DNA of 64,000 nucleotides from Escherichia coli (GCF_003018255.1 NZ_CP027440.1); one strand, 5' to 3'. Counted from the first letter of the stretch, positions 14,438-25,702 are shown. Notes: generated by a model from the letters alone, not told the origin. Made by a program: numbers and translations.

Positions 14438-15331
14438 ATGAAGATAGTGATCACCGGAGGGACAGGATTAATTGGTCGCCATTTGATTCCACGTTTGCTG
14501 GAGCTGGGCCATCAAATCACGGTAATGACGCGTAACCCGCAGAAAGCCAGTTCTGTTCTCGGCCCTCGGGTGGCACTATGGCAAGGGCTTGCCGATCAAA
14601 GCAACCTCAACGGCGTTGATGCGGTAATCAACCTGGCCGGAGAACCGATTGCTGATAAACGCTGGACTCACGAGCAAAAAGAGCGTCTCTGCCAAAGCCG
14701 CTGGAATATCACGCAAAAACTGGTCGATTTGATTAATGCCAGCGACACGCCGCCGTCGGTACTCATTTCCGGCTCGGCAACGGGCTATTATGGCGACTTA
14801 GGTGAAGTGGTGGTTACCGAAGAGGAACCGCCGCATAACGAATTTACTCATAAACTCTGCGCCCACTGGGAAGAAATTGCCTGCCGGGCGCAAAGTGACA
14901 AAACGCGAGTGTGCCTGCTGCGTACCGGCGTAGTGCTGGCACCGGATGGCGGTATTCTCGGTAAAATGCTGCCGCCGTTTCGTCTTGGCCTGGGCGGGCC
15001 GATTGGTTCCGGTCGGCAGTATCTGGCCTGGATTCATATTGATGATATGGTCAACGGCATTCTCTGGCTGCTGGATAACGAGCTGCGCGGGCCATTTAAT
15101 ATGGTTTCGCCCTACCCGGTACGCAATGAACAATTTGCCCATGCGCTCGGTCATGCGCTGCATCGCCCGGCTATTTTGCGCGTCCCCGCAACCGCCATTC
15201 GGCTGTTAATGGGCGAATCTTCAGTACTGGTATTAGGTGGACAACGCGCGCTGCCTAAACGGCTGGAAGAAGCGGGTTTTGCGTTTCGTTGGTACGATTT
15301 AGAAGAGGCGCTGGCGGATGTCGTTCGCTGA
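14438..15331 (+). CDS. yfcH: NAD-dependent epimerase/dehydratase-family protein YfcH
   Basis: 297-aa ORF; Rossmann motif ITGGTGLIG. Confidence 0.88.
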   Translation: MKIVITGGTGLIGRHLIPRLLELGHQITVMTRNPQKASSVLGPRVALWQGLADQSNLNGVDAVINLAGEPIADKRWTHEQKERLCQSRWNITQKLVDLINASDTPPSVLISGSATGYYGDLGEVVVTEEEPPHNEFTHKLCAHWEEIACRAQSDKTRVCLLRTGVVLAPDGGILGKMLPPFRLGLGGPIGSGRQYLAWIHIDDMVNGILWLLDNELRGPFNMVSPYPVRNEQFAHALGHALHRPAILRVPATAIRLLMGESSVLVLGGQRALPKRLEEAGFAFRWYDLEEALADVVR

Positions 15332-15378
15332 TGTGGTTTACTGCAAACATCCGCCAGTTAACTCCCGGTGTTACAGGG

Positions 15379-16281
15379 TTAGTGGCTTTGCGCGATAAGA
15401 TCGTCTGGTGAAAGTCGGGTCACCATCATAACTAACTCTCGGTCTAAACCTCTCTCCAGCATCTCCTGAGCAATACGCAGGGCTTCTTCGCGTTTGCCAA
15501 GAATTAATCCATCATTCCGCCCTTCTTCACGTAATCTGTCAGCAATAGTCATCAGTTTCTCCTTTTCTTGTGGTGCGCGTTCCGCTATCTCACCAATAAA
15601 TGCACGGAAACGCTGGGCATCCCCCGTTTGTAATACGTAATTAAACAGGGCTTTTAGCTGTCTGTCATTAGTGTTCCCTGTAACTAGCAGCGAAACAATT
15701 TGGTCGACTAATCCCAACAGATCGCGCTGACGAATATGTTTCTGAATTAACTCCAACAGCGCCATTTTGCGATGTTGCATAATCTCGTCATCCGGCACCA
15801 CGGTAATATCTACCAGCGGAAAAGCCGATGAATAAATTTTGCGGGCTATAGCAGGCTCGGCAAATTCATCAAGCCAGCAAAGTGAATAAGGATAAGGACT
15901 TCTGCAACCATGATAAAACAGCATCGGGATCACCAATGGAAGCTCTTTATAGCCTGCATCAAGATGGTTTTGCATCGCCGCAATGGAATAGCGCATCATG
16001 CGAAAAGCCATTAATTCTTCCGGCTTACTTTGGTGCTCTATCACTACATAAATATAACCCGCTCCCTCCTGCGTTTTCACAGACCACAAGAGGTCGGAAT
16101 AATATTGCCGCAGGTCTTCATCAATAAAACTGTTTGGTTCCAGTTTTAGCGTTGTTAAATCACACAGTTTGCGCAGCGGCGCGGGAAGATGAATATCAAT
16201 AAAATCCCGCGCGGTGTCTGGATGGCGTAAAAAAGATTTAAATACCGCATCATGCGGCGTGGAAGTTGTCGATATTGTCAT
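15379..16281 (-). CDS. rpnB: Recombination-promoting nuclease RpnB (YhgA-like PD-(D/E)XK family)
   Basis: 300-aa ORF; recognised as YfcI/RpnB; synteny between yfcH and hisP. Confidence 0.85.
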   Translation of the reverse strand: MTISTTSTPHDAVFKSFLRHPDTARDFIDIHLPAPLRKLCDLTTLKLEPNSFIDEDLRQYYSDLLWSVKTQEGAGYIYVVIEHQSKPEELMAFRMMRYSIAAMQNHLDAGYKELPLVIPMLFYHGCRSPYPYSLCWLDEFAEPAIARKIYSSAFPLVDITVVPDDEIMQHRKMALLELIQKHIRQRDLLGLVDQIVSLLVTGNTNDRQLKALFNYVLQTGDAQRFRAFIGEIAERAPQEKEKLMTIADRLREEGRNDGLILGKREEALRIAQEMLERGLDRELVMMVTRLSPDDLIAQSH

Positions 16282-16477
16282 GGCGTTCCGTCACCCCTCA
16301 AATTTAAGATGACGCGACAATAACCACGATTAATACCCAATGCAGCAGGCAGTTTTTATCTTTGGACAGCGAATTCAGAACTATTTTTAGCGGACTGCAA
16401 CTTTTACATTTCAGCGGAAGCTGACTCGCAAATTCCCCTTGAAAATACTCCGGCAGCGTTAGCCACCGGAGGGGGAA

Positions 16478-17251
16478 TTATTTCAGCGATCCCTTAAGGA
16501 ACTGTTGCAGACGAGGGCTTTGCGGGTTACCAAATAACTGTTCTGGCGCGCCCTCTTCTTCTATTTTCCCCTGATGGAGGAAAATGACGTGAGTAGAAAC
16601 ATGGCGAGCAAAGCCCATTTCGTGAGTCACTACCACCATGGTTTTCCCCTCTTCTGCCAGTTGCTGCATAATACGTAACACTTCGCCTACCAGTTCAGGA
16701 TCGAGCGCCGAGGTAGGTTCATCAAATAGTAAAACTTCCGGTTCCATTGCCAGCGCCCTTGCGATGGAAACACGCTGTTGCTGACCACCGGACAGGTGCA
16801 CCGGGTATTTCCCCTGCGCACGTTCGTCTATCCCGACTTTTGCCAGATATTTCACCGCCCGCTCGCGCGCTTCCTGCTTGCTCAGGCCCAACACCTGAAT
16901 CGGCGCTTCCATGACGTTTTCCAGCACCGTCATATGGCTCCAGAGATTGAAGTGCTGGAATACCATCGTCAGGCGTGTGCGCAATAAGCGCAGCTGATTT
17001 TTATCGGCGACTTTGAGTTGACCGTCTTTATCGCGCACCAGATTGATCGTCTGGCCATTGACCACGATCGATCCTTCGCTCGGTTTTTCGAGGAAGTTAA
17101 TGCAGCGCAGAAAGGTACTTTTCCCCGATCCCGACGATCCGATGATGCTTATGACATCTCCGGCATTCGCTTGCAGTGAGACCCCTTTCAGCACTTCGTG
17201 TTCGCCGTAGCGTTTGTGCAAATCGATAACGTTTAATTTATTCTCGGACAT
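16478..17251 (-). CDS. hisP: Histidine/lysine/arginine/ornithine ABC transporter ATP-binding protein
   Basis: 257-aa ORF; Walker [10 protein letters not shown]; LSGGQQQR signature. Confidence 0.95.
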   Translation of the reverse strand: MSENKLNVIDLHKRYGEHEVLKGVSLQANAGDVISIIGSSGSGKSTFLRCINFLEKPSEGSIVVNGQTINLVRDKDGQLKVADKNQLRLLRTRLTMVFQHFNLWSHMTVLENVMEAPIQVLGLSKQEARERAVKYLAKVGIDERAQGKYPVHLSGGQQQRVSIARALAMEPEVLLFDEPTSALDPELVGEVLRIMQQLAEEGKTMVVVTHEMGFARHVSTHVIFLHQGKIEEEGAPEQLFGNPQSPRLQQFLKGSLK

Positions 17252-17258
17252 CGTATTC

Positions 17259-17975
17259 TCAGTGCGTTGAAGAAGGTTTCACATGCTGCAACCAGCGTTT
17301 TTCCGCTCTGCGAAAGAGGCTGATCAGGACATAAGAGATGATTAAATAGAGCACCGCGGCAATGCCGAAGGCGGTAAAAGGTTGATACGTGGCGGCGTTA
17401 ATATCGCGGGCAATTTTCAGCAGATCCGGCACCGTGGCCGTAAACGCCAGCGCAGTAGAGTGCAGCATCAGGATCACTTCGTTGCTGTATGCCGGTAACG
17501 CAATACGCAGCGCAGAAGGCAAAATAATGCAGCGATACATTTTAAAGGTCGAGAAGCCATAGGCTCTGGCGGCTTCAATTTCCCCATGCGGCACTGAACG
17601 GATTGCCCCGGCAAAAATCTCGGTAGTGTAAGCGCAGGTGTTAAGCGTCAGCGCCAGCACGGTACAGTTCAGACCACTGCGAAAAAAGGCGTTAAGGAAC
17701 TCGGTTCCCTTAACAATCTCCAGCGTGTACATGCCGGAATAAAACACCAGCAACTGAACATACAGCGGCGTACCGCGAAAAATATAGGTAAATAACCAGA
17801 TTGGAAACTGGATGTATTTATTACTTGAGACGCGACCAATCGCCAGAAACAGCGCCAGAACTCCGCCTATCACTACCGACAAAATCAGCAGCCACAGGGT
17901 GATTGCCACGCCAGTAAAGCGATAACCGTCAGTCCACAGCAGTGGTTTCCAGTATTCATGTAAGATTTCGATCAC
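17259..17975 (-). CDS. hisM: Histidine ABC transporter permease
   Basis: 238-aa ORF; 4-bp overlap with hisQ. Confidence 0.93.
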   Translation of the reverse strand: MIEILHEYWKPLLWTDGYRFTGVAITLWLLILSVVIGGVLALFLAIGRVSSNKYIQFPIWLFTYIFRGTPLYVQLLVFYSGMYTLEIVKGTEFLNAFFRSGLNCTVLALTLNTCAYTTEIFAGAIRSVPHGEIEAARAYGFSTFKMYRCIILPSALRIALPAYSNEVILMLHSTALAFTATVPDLLKIARDINAATYQPFTAFGIAAVLYLIISYVLISLFRRAEKRWLQHVKPSSTH

Positions 17976-18658
17976 AGGTCAGACCTCTTCACACCCACGG
18001 AGTAGCGGCGCTCAAGGAACAGCAGCACACCATTGGAAACAGTGGTAAAAACCAGGTAAATCACGCCACAGACGATGGCGAAATAGAACGGTTCCCAGGT
18101 ACTTTTGCCTGCCAGCTGAGTGGCTTTGACCACATCTTCCAGGCCGAGTAACGAAACGAGTGCGGTAGATTTGAGGATCACCTGCCAGTTGTTGCCAATG
18201 CCTGGCAGGGCGTAACGCATCATCGCCGGAAACATGATCCGCCGAAACACTTGCCCACGAGTAAAACCGAACGCCGTCGCCGCCTCTATATGTCCTTTCG
18301 GCACTGCCATAAAAGCACCACGGAACGTTTCGGTAAAATAAGCACCGTAGATAAAACCGAGAGTGATAATACCTGCGACCATCGGATCAATATCAATCTG
18401 CCCGACGCCCATCGCCTCCGTCACCGTGTTTAGCGCAATCTGCAAACCGTAGAAAATCAGCAGCATCAACACCAAGTCCGGCACGCCTCGAATCAGCGTG
18501 GTGTACCCTTCGAAAATCAGCCCCGAAAGCCGATTTTGCGAGAGCTTACCGCCAGCGCCAATTAAACCGATAATTACAGCGAGCACTACAGAGCTGATAG
18601 CCAGCTCCAGCGTGACGAGCGCACCCTGTAAAATAACACCTGAAAACCCATACAACAT
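17972..18658 (-). CDS. hisQ: Histidine ABC transporter permease
   Basis: 228-aa ORF. Confidence 0.93.
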   Translation of the reverse strand: MLYGFSGVILQGALVTLELAISSVVLAVIIGLIGAGGKLSQNRLSGLIFEGYTTLIRGVPDLVLMLLIFYGLQIALNTVTEAMGVGQIDIDPMVAGIITLGFIYGAYFTETFRGAFMAVPKGHIEAATAFGFTRGQVFRRIMFPAMMRYALPGIGNNWQVILKSTALVSLLGLEDVVKATQLAGKSTWEPFYFAIVCGVIYLVFTTVSNGVLLFLERRYSVGVKRSDL

Positions 18659-18699
18659 GCTGCCTGTCCTGTCGTGTGTGGTGAATTACCGCCTCTTGT

Positions 18700-18723
18700 C
18701 TCCCTCCGGTTACCCGAAGGGAG
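18700..18723 (-). other. Intercistronic stem-loop between hisJ and hisQ
   Basis: imperfect hairpin ctccctccggttacccgaagggag read in sequence; location matches the classical hisJ-hisQ intergenic REP-type stem-loop. Confidence 0.45.
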
Positions 18724-18747
18724 CGGACCTTCTTTCACCGATGGCGA

Positions 18748-19530
18748 TTAACCACCATAAACATCAAAATCGAAGTACTTTTTCGCTAATTTCTCGTAAG
18801 TACCGTCAGCGCGCATTTCGGCAAAGGCTTTGTTCAGTGCCTCGCGCAGTTCGTTATCTTCTTTACGCAGGCCCATGCCGGTCCCTACGCCAAACAGTTT
18901 TTCATCTTTAACAGACGGACCACCGAATTTGTAATCTTTACCGACGGGTTGTTTGAGGAAACCTTCGCTGGCAGCGACCTCATCCTGGAACGCGGCATCA
19001 ATACGTCCGGCAGTCAGGTCAGAATAAATGTTGTCCTGCCCCTGATAAGAAACGATTTCAATGCCTTTTGGTGCCCAATGTTCGTTACCGAACGTCTCCT
19101 GGGTGGTGCCCTGCAATACGCCTACCCGTTTGCCTTTCAGCGACTCGACTGTCGGCTGAATGTCGGAATTTTTCGCCACCACCAGACGAGAATCGGCAGC
19201 GTACAGTTTGTCGGTGAAGGCAATTTCTTGCTGACGTTTTTCCGTAATGGAAAGCGATGACATGATGGCGTCAATCTTCTTCGCTTTTAAGGACGGGATT
19301 AACGCATCCAGTGGGTTTTCGACAAACGTACATTGCGTATTGATGCGTTTGCACAACTCCTTCGCCAGATCGATATCGAAGCCAACCAGTTCGCCTTGTG
19401 AATTTTTTGATTCAAATGGCGCATAGGTCGGATCGGTACCGATGCGGATGTTTTGCGGAATCGCAGCAAACGCAGCAGTTGCGCTGGAGAAGGCCAGAAC
19501 CAGAGAGAGCGATAGCACCAGTTTTTTCAT
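18748..19530 (-). CDS. hisJ: Histidine-binding periplasmic protein
   Basis: 260-aa ORF with signal peptide; tandem paralog of argT. Confidence 0.95.
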   Translation of the reverse strand: MKKLVLSLSLVLAFSSATAAFAAIPQNIRIGTDPTYAPFESKNSQGELVGFDIDLAKELCKRINTQCTFVENPLDALIPSLKAKKIDAIMSSLSITEKRQQEIAFTDKLYAADSRLVVAKNSDIQPTVESLKGKRVGVLQGTTQETFGNEHWAPKGIEIVSYQGQDNIYSDLTAGRIDAAFQDEVAASEGFLKQPVGKDYKFGGPSVKDEKLFGVGTGMGLRKEDNELREALNKAFAEMRADGTYEKLAKKYFDFDVYGG

Positions 19531-19750
19531 AATGTCCTCAACTGACAGTCTTTTTATAGGGAATATTTACAGGTTTGTTACACTTATCGTGCCATAAAAT
19601 TGACCATCAAGGCAAAATATCCCGCCCCGTTAGACGTATTATTTTTCATTAAAAATGCTTAAGTATGCATTTCAATGCACCACGATAGTGCAACAAACCT
19701 GGCGTGCACCATGATGATCATTCCATCAGGTACAGTTTCCCTGCGACGTA

Positions 19751-20533
19751 TCAGTCACCGTAGACATTAAAGTCGAAATACTTTTTCGCCATCTTGTCGT
19801 AGGTACCGTCCTGACGCAGCTCGCCAAGCGCCTTATTAAACGCCGCCGTCAGTTCAGCATCATCTTTACGTAGCCCTACACCGGTACCGTCACCGAAGTA
19901 TTTTTTGTCTTTCACTGATGAGCCAGCAAAAGCGAACTCTTTACCGGCTGGTTGCTTGAGGAATCCTTCACTGGCAGCAACTTCATCTTGTAACGCAGCA
20001 TCCAGACGTCCTGCAGCCAGATCGGAATAAACCAAATCCTGGTTGGCATAGGCCACCACATCCACGCCTTTGCTACGCCAGGTCTCGTTAGCGTATGCTT
20101 CCTGGGTTGATCCCTGCAGCACACCCACATGTTTACCTTTCAGTGAATCCAGCGTTGGCTGAATCGGTGAACCTTTGGCGGCAATCAAACGAGAATCTGC
20201 GGCGTACAACTTGTCGGAGAAAGCAATCTCCTGCTGACGTTTATCGGTAATGGAGAGCGACGAAATAATGGCGTCGATTTTTTTCGCTTTTAGTGAGGGG
20301 ATCAGCGCGTCAAAGTCACTGGCAACCCAGGTACATTTCACCTGCATCCGTTTGCACATCTCGTTACCGAGATCGATATCAAAGCCAACAAAGTCACCTT
20401 TGGCATCTTTCGATGAGAACGGCGCATAGGTGGTATCGGTTCCGATACGTACCGTCTCCGGTAGCGCCGCATAGCTGGAAGCCGCTGCGGAGAGACCGAC
20501 TAACAAAGACAGAGCGAGAATCGACTTCTTCAT
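19751..20533 (-). CDS. argT: Lysine/arginine/ornithine-binding periplasmic protein
   Basis: 260-aa ORF with signal peptide. Confidence 0.95.
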   Translation of the reverse strand: MKKSILALSLLVGLSAAASSYAALPETVRIGTDTTYAPFSSKDAKGDFVGFDIDLGNEMCKRMQVKCTWVASDFDALIPSLKAKKIDAIISSLSITDKRQQEIAFSDKLYAADSRLIAAKGSPIQPTLDSLKGKHVGVLQGSTQEAYANETWRSKGVDVVAYANQDLVYSDLAAGRLDAALQDEVAASEGFLKQPAGKEFAFAGSSVKDKKYFGDGTGVGLRKDDAELTAAFNKALGELRQDGTYDKMAKKYFDFNVYGD

Positions 20534-20600
20534 ACATAACCCTCAAGTGAAAATGGCTTTTTTATGTTGTGTATTGTGTTGTGTGTTTGCAGGCTCTTTC

Positions 20601-20617
20601 ATGCAGGTCTTATGCCA
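20601..20617 (-). promoter_or_regulatory. Candidate sigma-54 (-24/-12) promoter for argT
   Basis: minus-strand tGGcataagacctGCat: GG and GC separated by 10 nt, ~70 nt upstream of argT start; argT is Ntr-regulated. Confidence 0.45.
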
Positions 20618-20798
20618 TCTTTACGACAACAGTAACATTCAACGTTAAATATGTTAATAAGACGTTGCATTATTGTCCTAAAGTTGAAGATAGCAGGTAT
20701 GGCGGTTGAATCGCAGCGTTTCGATTCATCGAAAGGAACAAAATGTCGAGGATTTGATCGCGGTTGCAAAATTGCCCTGAAACAGGGCAACAATGAGG

Positions 20799-21368
20799 TT
20801 ATGCGCCCTGCCAGCGGGCAAAGAGATCTTCAGGAAGGGTTATCGCAAACTGGTCAAGAACACGATTAACCGTCTGATTTATCACATCATCAAGGGATTG
20901 TGGGCGATGATAAAACGCCGGAACGGGAGGCATAATCACCGCACCGATTTCTGCCGCCTGAGTCATTAAACGCAGATGGCCTAAGTGCAGTGGCGTTTCA
21001 CGCACGCAGAGCACCAACGGGCGACGCTCTTTCAGCACCACATCTGCCGCACGGGTCAGTAAGCCATCAGTATAGCTATGGACAATGCCGGACAGGGTTT
21101 TGATTGAACAGGGTAAAATCACCATCCCCAACGTCTGGAAAGAACCGGAAGAAATGCTGGCAGCAATATCGCGCGCATCGTGTGTCACATCAGCTAACGC
21201 CTGCACTTCGCGCAGGGAAAAATCCGTTTCGAGGGATAAGGTCTGGCGCGCTGCCTGGCTCATTACCAGATGCGTTTCGATATCTGTGACATCGCGCAGA
21301 ACCTGTAATAAACGCACGCCATAAATCGCGCCGCTGGCACCGCTGATGCCTACAATGAGTCGTTTCAT
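20799..21368 (-). CDS. ubiX: Flavin prenyltransferase UbiX
   Basis: 189-aa ORF; MKRLIVGISGASGAIYG. Confidence 0.94.
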   Translation of the reverse strand: MKRLIVGISGASGAIYGVRLLQVLRDVTDIETHLVMSQAARQTLSLETDFSLREVQALADVTHDARDIAASISSGSFQTLGMVILPCSIKTLSGIVHSYTDGLLTRAADVVLKERRPLVLCVRETPLHLGHLRLMTQAAEIGAVIMPPVPAFYHRPQSLDDVINQTVNRVLDQFAITLPEDLFARWQGA

Positions 21369-21462
21369 AAATAGTTGCCCTGTCAGACTTGCAGGCAGAC
21401 TTTGCAGGATTTCGACGGGAGTTGCAAGTCAGGGTGCCAGACCGGCACCCTGAGCGAAGGCA

Positions 21463-22981
21463 TCATCCTTCGTTATGCATTTCGAGATTTTCCACTTCGT
21501 TCTGACGTTGCACTGCTTTGGCGTCGTCATTACGTAAAGTATCGAGGAAATCGAGGTAGCCCTGATCAACGTCTTTGGTGACGTAGACGCCGTTGAATAC
21601 CGAGCATTCAAACTGCTGGATATCCGGGTTTTCAGCGCGAACGGCTTCGATCAGATCGTTCAGATCCTGGAAAATCAACCCGTCAGCACCGATGATCTGG
21701 CGAATTTCATCTACTTCGCGACCGTGAGCGATCAGTTCCGTGGCGCTCGGCATATCGATACCGTAAACGTTCGGGAAGCGAATTTCCGGTGCCGCAGAAG
21801 CGAGGTACACTTTCTTCGCTCCGGCTTCGCGTGCCATCTCGATAATCTGCTCAGAAGTGGTGCCACGGACAATGGAGTCGTCGACCAGCAAGACGTTTTT
21901 ATCGCGGAACTCGGCGCGGTTGGCGTTCAGTTTACGGCGCACGGACTTACGACGCAGCTGCTGGCCCGGCATGATGAAGGTGCGGCCAACATAGCGGTTT
22001 TTAACGAAGCCCTGGCGGTACGGTTTGCCCAGAATACGAGCAATTTCCAGCGCGATATCACACGAGGTTTCCGGAATAGGGATCACCACGTCGATATCCA
22101 GATCTTCCCATTCGCGGGCAATTTTCTCGCCCAGTTTGGTGCCCATATTCACGCGCGCGCTGTAAACGGAAATTTTGTCGATGAACGAGTCCGGGCGGGC
22201 AAAGTATACATACTCAAACAGGCACGGATTGCTGACCGGATTGTCAGCACATTGACGGGTAAACAACTGCCCTTCTTCAGTGATGTAAATCGCTTCGCCC
22301 GGCGCGACGTCACGCAGGAAATCAAAGCCCAGCGTATCGAGCGCAACGCTTTCGGAAGCGACCATATATTCTGTACGGTTCTCGTCAATATCACGTTTTC
22401 CCAGTACCAACGGACGAATACCGTTTGGATCGCGGAAAGCAACCATACCGTGGCCGATGATCATCGCCACACAGGCATACGCGCCGCGGATTAAGCGGTT
22501 TGTAGCAGCGATGGCGGCGAAAATGTTGTCGGCTTCCAGCGGATAGTGGCGGAAGTTGTCCAGTTCGCTGGCAAAGATATTAAGCAGAATTTCCGAGTCG
22601 GAAGTGGTGTTGATGTGGCGGCGTTTTTCTTCAAACAGTTTTTTTACGCAACTCGTGAGCGTTGGTCAGATTGCCGTTGTGGGCAAGCGTAATGCCATAC
22701 GGGGAGTTAACGTAAAACGGCTGCGCTTCAGAGGCGCTGGAGCTGCCAGCCGTAGGGTAACGCACATGACCAATGCCCATATTGCCCTGCAAACGCTGCA
22801 TATGGCGAGCTTCAAATACATCGCTCACCAGCCCGTTCGCTTTACGCAAACGGAAGCAGTTATTGGCATCTATGGTGATGATGCCGGCGGCATCCTGACC
22901 GCGATGCTGAAGCACCGTTAAGGCATCATAAATCGACTGGTTAACCGGCATAACACCGGCGATACCGACAATACCGCACAT
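21463..22981 (-). pseudogene. purF: Amidophosphoribosyltransferase gene purF, disrupted by +1 frameshift in a homopolymer run
   Basis: N-terminal ORF 22631..22981 ends ..[10 protein letters not shown]; the native frame ([19 protein letters not shown]..) resumes one base out of frame and runs to 21463; plus-strand T7 run at 22639-22645. Confidence 0.8.
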
Positions 22982-23017
22982 ACGTCTTTTTCCTCGTTAA
23001 GCCACATCTCAGAGCAC

Positions 23018-23506
23018 TTACGCTCTGGGCAAGAAACTTGACGAGCTTTGCAGATAATCAAAAAACCATCTGATGATAAAACTGAACTGCGGGATCAGCT
23101 GTGATTTGCTCCAGTCTTCGCTTTTCGACACCCCGGTAAAGGAGTCGAGAAAGAAGAGAATGGCGGCAACAATCAACACACCGCGCAACGCACCGAAACA
23201 GACGCCCAGCACCCGATCGGTGCCTGACAACCCCGTTTTCTCTACCAACTGGCCTATCACGAAGTTCACGATAGCACCAACGATCAGGGTAGCGATAAAC
23301 AGTACCGCGATGGCAATCCCATTTCGAACCAGTTCGTCTTCAAAGCCCGTAAACCAGACTGACAGGTAAGTGTAGTAATGACTGGCAACAAAGAAAGCAC
23401 AACCCCATGTCACCAGCGATAACGCTTCACGAACAAAGCCGCGGATCAGGCTAACCAGAGAGGAAAAAGCAATCACCGCGATTATGGCGTAATCAATCCA
23501 GACCAT
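23018..23506 (-). CDS. cvpA: Colicin V production membrane protein CvpA
   Basis: 162-aa ORF; first gene of cvpA-purF-ubiX. Confidence 0.93.
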   Translation of the reverse strand: MVWIDYAIIAVIAFSSLVSLIRGFVREALSLVTWGCAFFVASHYYTYLSVWFTGFEDELVRNGIAIAVLFIATLIVGAIVNFVIGQLVEKTGLSGTDRVLGVCFGALRGVLIVAAILFFLDSFTGVSKSEDWSKSQLIPQFSFIIRWFFDYLQSSSSFLPRA

Positions 23507-23563
23507 ATGTGTCCCACGATTTTACGCCCTGTCATCCTGTTCGGGGCGCATTCTAACAGAAAA

Positions 23564-23579
23564 AGAAAACGTTTGCGTA
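23564..23579. promoter_or_regulatory. PurR operator (PUR box) upstream of cvpA-purF
   Basis: agaaaacgtttgcgta matches the palindromic PurR consensus; ~60 bp upstream of cvpA start. Confidence 0.75.
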
Positions 23580-23662
23580 GGGATTTCCTTCCCGCGCATC
23601 AATAAAAATGGCGCTGAAAAAACATTCAACGCCATCGACTTTTTATGCCTTTGCGGCATCGG

Positions 23663-23755
23663 GCAATGCGTGTCGGATGCGGCGTGAACACCTTATCCGA
23701 CCTACGGTTCTACCCCTGTGTAGGCCTGATAAGACGCGCCAGCGTCGCATCAGGC
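23663..23755. repeat. BIME (pair of inverted REP elements) between cvpA and dedD
   Basis: cggatgcggcgtgaacaccttatccgacctac and gtaggcctgataagacgcgccagcgtcgcatcaggc. Confidence 0.75.
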
Positions 23756-23764
23756 AAGACCGTA

Positions 23765-24415
23765 TTAATTCGGCGTATAGCCCATTACCACGCCACTTAA
23801 GCCAGAAAGTTGCTTCAACTCACCCAGCGATCCTTTCAGCTTATCTTTCGAGGCATCAGGCCCAACCAGAATACGGGTAATTTTACCCTGCACTGGCGTG
23901 GATGGCGACGTATAAACCCGATAACCGGCACCGCGCAGCTTACCGACAATCTCATTCACTTTATCGGCATTTTTCAGCGCGCCCAGTTGCACAACATAGG
24001 CTTTACCCGTTGGCGCTGCTTTTTCTTCCACGACCGGCTTCGACGCAGGTGGTGCTTCAACCTTCGGTTTAGGCGACTCCACCGGTTTCGGCTTCGGTGG
24101 GGCGACCGGTGCAGGTTCCGGTTCAAACTCGGTGTTATTGACTGCAATAGTGGCCGGATCGAGCGACGGTGCTGCGGCATCACCTGCCCGCACCTCTTCC
24201 GCTGCGCCTTCCGGCGGCTGCGTCGGCAGCGCCTGGGTGGCGGCTGGCATCATATCAGGCTCATCGCGATCGCCCGCTTTCGGCACCAGCGGGATAGCCG
24301 CGAACTCATCCTGATAATGTTTTTTCTGCCCGTCCAGCAGCCCTGGAAGTACAATCACCCCCAGCGCCACCAGCACGATCGTGCCCACTAACCGATTCTG
24401 AAACTTACTTGCCAC
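23765..24415 (-). CDS. dedD: Cell-division protein DedD (SPOR domain)
   Basis: ORF track starts at upstream TTG; GTG at 24413-24415 gives VASKFQNRL.. start; overlaps folC 3' end. Confidence 0.85.
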   Translation of the reverse strand: MASKFQNRLVGTIVLVALGVIVLPGLLDGQKKHYQDEFAAIPLVPKAGDRDEPDMMPAATQALPTQPPEGAAEEVRAGDAAAPSLDPATIAVNNTEFEPEPAPVAPPKPKPVESPKPKVEAPPASKPVVEEKAAPTGKAYVVQLGALKNADKVNEIVGKLRGAGYRVYTSPSTPVQGKITRILVGPDASKDKLKGSLGELKQLSGLSGVVMGYTPN

Positions 24416-25673
24416 CGCTTCTCCTCGCGTCAATCACTTCCATGACATGTGCGACCGTGTGGAACGAACCACACACCAGCACGGTATCTTCCGCTTTAGC
24501 GTCCGCCATTGCGGCATCCCATGCCTGCGCCACGCTATCAAATGATTTGCCGTTACCCAAATGCTCAAGCAGTTGTTCTGCCGTGGCACCGCGCGGCCCT
24601 TCCAGTGGCGCACAATACCAGTCATCAACCACGCTTTTCAACCAGGCCAGAGTTCCGGCAATATCTTTATCATGTAGCATACCGATAACCGCCAGCACGC
24701 GCCCGTTTTTCGGTAGCGCTTTCATACGCCCGGTGAGATATTCCGCCGCATGTGGATTATGCGCGACATCAAAAATAACGCGTGGCGACTCGCTCACAAT
24801 CTGGAAACGTCCCGGCAAAATTGCGCTGGCAATCCCGTCGCGAATGGCATTTTCACTGACCTCCAGCCCGCTGGCACGCAGTGCCGCCAGCGCCGTTGCG
24901 GCATTCGGTTGCGGGACAAGCGGCAACGGCAGATTTTTCAGCGTGCCGTGAGCATCGCTAAACGCCCAGTCATGATCGGTGACGGAATAGTTCCACTCAA
25001 CGCCCCGACGTTGTAACAGTGCACTTTTTTCCTGCGCCACATCAGCAATGGTAGAAGGCATTTCCGGCTCACCGACAATTGCCGGTTTTTCGCTGCGGAA
25101 GATGCCTGCTTTCTCGCGACCAATGCTTTCGCGATCTGGCCCCAGCCAGTCGGTATGATCCAGCGCAATGCTGGTTACTACCGCAACATCGGCATCGACA
25201 ATATTGGTTGCGTCCAGACGACCGCCCAGCCCTACTTCCAGAATCACCACGTCAAGTTGTGCCTGTTTGAACAGCCACAACGCCGACAGCGTACCGTACT
25301 CGAAATAGGTCAGGGAAATATCACCGCGTGCCGATTCAATCTCCGCAAAAGAGGCGGTGTGGGCCGATTCCGGCAATTCCTGGCCCTGCACACGTACGCG
25401 CTCGGTATAACGCACCAGATGCGGCGAACTGTAGACGCCCACTTTGTACCCTGCCGCCATCAGAATCGACTCCAGCGTACGGCAAGTGGTGCCTTTGCCA
25501 TTCGTACCCGCAACGGTAAACACAAATGGCGCAGGTTTCAGGACGCCAAGACGCGCCGCGACCTGGCTCACGCGCTCAAGGCCGAGATCGATAGTTTTAC
25601 TGTGCAGGTTTTCCAGATAAGAAAGCCACGAAGCCAGAGGCGACGCGGCTTGAGGAGTGCGTTTGATAATCAT
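24405..25673 (-). CDS. folC: Dihydrofolate synthase / folylpolyglutamate synthase
   Basis: 422-aa ORF; MIIKRTPQAASPLASWLSYLENLH. Confidence 0.95.
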   Translation of the reverse strand: MIIKRTPQAASPLASWLSYLENLHSKTIDLGLERVSQVAARLGVLKPAPFVFTVAGTNGKGTTCRTLESILMAAGYKVGVYSSPHLVRYTERVRVQGQELPESAHTASFAEIESARGDISLTYFEYGTLSALWLFKQAQLDVVILEVGLGGRLDATNIVDADVAVVTSIALDHTDWLGPDRESIGREKAGIFRSEKPAIVGEPEMPSTIADVAQEKSALLQRRGVEWNYSVTDHDWAFSDAHGTLKNLPLPLVPQPNAATALAALRASGLEVSENAIRDGIASAILPGRFQIVSESPRVIFDVAHNPHAAEYLTGRMKALPKNGRVLAVIGMLHDKDIAGTLAWLKSVVDDWYCAPLEGPRGATAEQLLEHLGNGKSFDSVAQAWDAAMADAKAEDTVLVCGSFHTVAHVMEVIDARRSGGK

Positions 25674-25702
25674 GGTATCCGCTGATTCGTTACGGTGAGA
25701 AT

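Noticed and set aside
21724-22494. 256-aa ORF on the plus strand
   Set aside because: Antisense to purF.
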